NCBI RefSeq assembly: GCF_009834535.1
Contig: NC_045697.1
Coordinates: 9,612,001 to 9,676,000 of the forward strand
Direction: 5' to 3'
Length of the DNA stretch: 64,000 nucleotides
Source: Camelus ferus
Taxonomy: Eukaryota
Below are positions 62,041 through 64,000 of the stretch, piece by piece. Each line of letters begins with the position of its first letter. Position 1 is the stretch's first letter. Below the pieces are notes generated by a model. That model did no database searches. It had not been told where the DNA came from and saw nothing but the letters and a program-made list of their open reading frames with translations. The position numbers and the translations under genes are program-made.

Positions 62041-64000
62041 TTTTTAAAAAAAAGTATCCCTCTCAGGCTTGTCAGGGAGGTTCAGTTGAGTTCATTCTTG
62101 TGCAGGTCTTTACACCGCGTGTCTGCACAGACGGAGTCCTCGGTGAGCACCGGCTATTGTGCTGGTGATGGAGATGCACTGGGTGACAAAGAAGAAAGGA
62201 GAAAAGGCACCTACGTGATTCAGCCCAGGGGTGGGGGGTTGTAAGCAGTGAAGGCTTCCAAGGGAAGCAATATCCAAACTGAGGCCCAAAGGCTAAGCCG
62301 GAGGCAGAATGGTGGAGGGTGGGGGTGAGAAGTCTCCCGGGCAGTGGGAATCGGATGTGTGACGTCCCTCAGACAAGGGCAAGTGGGAGTTTGGGGGGAA
62401 CCAAGAAATAGGCTGATAGCTGAGGCTGGGAGAGATGAGCCCAAGTCTGGTCCTGAAAGCCGTCTAAGCCACCCTGTCCCACTCTGGACCTGGAGATGCA
62501 TAACCCATCGCACAGTGTATCTGTTTAGCGACGTGAAAAGTACTGGGGGGAATTCCATCCTTGCTGTTGGGGCCACGTCAGCCTTGGGGGTTGGAGTTTG
62601 GTCAAGCAGGATTTTTTGCCAGAAGCTGCCAGGGACAGAGGAATTCGGGTGAGTGCTGACTGCATGCAGTCAGGCTCAGCCAGAGAAGCCAAGGGCTATT
62701 GCAAAAATCAAGAGAGCTGGAGCAGCTGTAGCTGAAAACAAAGCCAAGAGGACCAGAGGGCAGCCAAGCAGACATTGGAAGAAAGGAGAGAGAGAGATCG
62801 GGGTGGAGAAGAAGTAACAGGGTTCAAGACAAATGAGCAAAGAGGACCGGAACGCCAGCAGCCCGTATGTACAGGCCTGATCACGTGCATGCGGGCGGAC
62901 CAGCCTGGCTGGATGGCCAAGGGTCTGGATGGATGCCAGGCACCCTTCCACACTAACTAGGCTGAGAAATGAGGAGCAGTTGGGCAAGGTGAGCACAGGG
63001 GAGATCTCTGCATAGACTCATGTCTGCTCTCAAAATGTTGCCCTCTCTCTCCTGGGTTAGGGTGGGGGCGTTCATGGGAAGACTTCACCATTATCACCCT
63101 AGGGTGTCTAGGAGGAAAGTCTTAGGAGGAACATAGCTTTCAACAGCCTAGACAGAAGGTCTGCAATCACTGCTGCACTTCTGTCTCCTGTACTTGTAAG
63201 TAGATAAAATATGGGGTGACCAGGTTATTTTTAATGAGGATCACACGCAGGCAAAGTACTTTAAACAGTGCTTGAAAGGGAGTAAGTACTTCATCTGACT
63301 AATTCATTTGGTTTCACTTAACTTATTCATTTAAGAAAATGTATCTAAGCCTATATTCTAGGCTCCATGCTGCCTGTTCAGAACATCAAGAAGAGGAAGG
63401 TGTGGTCCCTGCCCTCAAAGAGCTTATACTTTAATGAGTAAGCCAGGCAAGGGAGGGATGAGTACAGGGCACGGTTCTAGTGGCGGCTTCAGAGAGAAGC
63501 CAACATTGAAGGGGTGGCCGGATGAAAAGAAGTTGAGGACAGAAATACAGATGGCAAATGCAGACTGATATGTCCTGATCACTCACACTTCTAACAACAG
63601 CCCAGGGAGGGAAGAGGAACAAACACCGACAAAAACAAGAACTGGGAAGATTAAAGTGATGACAGTGGCCTGAGAAGGGGCAGGCCTGCCAGATCACCAA
63701 CCATCAGCCGCCTGGTGGAGAAGGCACTGCTCTTCATTATTACAGAGAAAAAGATGCTGATACAGCGCTTTGGGGCTCAGAATACATATGTATTTTGGAG
63801 AGTTACCAACAAGTTGTGACCAAGTCTCCTTTTCTTCCTGATGCTTAGGCTTCTGGGTTTTTATTGTTCCCAACTGATTTATAATGCAATAAAAATAAAT
63901 AGGGAAGGCAATGGATTTGTCCTACGTAGAAAAGAAGGCATCAGCGAGTTTCAAATACATTCAGGGCTTTTATTTCTACTTGAAGTCTCATCGTTTTGAA

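Larger units (their letters stand above)
61440..62160 (+). mobile_element. MIR SINE split by two L1 3' ends
   Basis: Left half ...cccttatctgtaaaacagagataaaaatagta (to 61582); right half agtatccctctcaggcttgtcagggaggttcagttgag... (from ~62053). Confidence 0.75.

Overview
This is mammalian, not microbial, DNA, most likely from a camelid (alpaca, llama or camel). The evidence is a tRNA-derived SINE at 44119-44340 with the camelid-type core GGTAGAGTGCATGCCTAGCATGCACGAGGTCCTGGGTTC and two young L1 3' ends of camelid type. I see no host protein-coding exon, RNA gene or CRISPR array. The only ORFs I recognise as real protein are L1 ORF2 fragments; the rest look like chance frames. The window is intergenic or deep-intronic and dense in old transposable elements (MIR, L2, MLT1/MaLR and ERVL LTRs, hAT DNA transposons, L1 3' ends). 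Repeat-free islands between them carry clustered developmental transcription-factor motifs. Items most worth following up: (1) an orphan CpG-rich element at about 58.7-59.45 kb with three OTX/PITX-type sites, tandem SOX sites and a possible minus-strand GC-box/TATA/Inr promoter; (2) a well-formed 186-nt non-coding exon candidate at 47275-47460; (3) a 5'-inverted L1 and an internally deleted L1 whose isolated ORF2 pieces begin at nearly the same codon; (4) a two-LTR MLT1J-like element with a nested LTR; (5) several candidate enhancers. I could not support a new biological system. Repeat subfamily names are from memory of consensus sequences, boundaries are approximate, and motif calls are hypotheses until conservation or chromatin data are checked.
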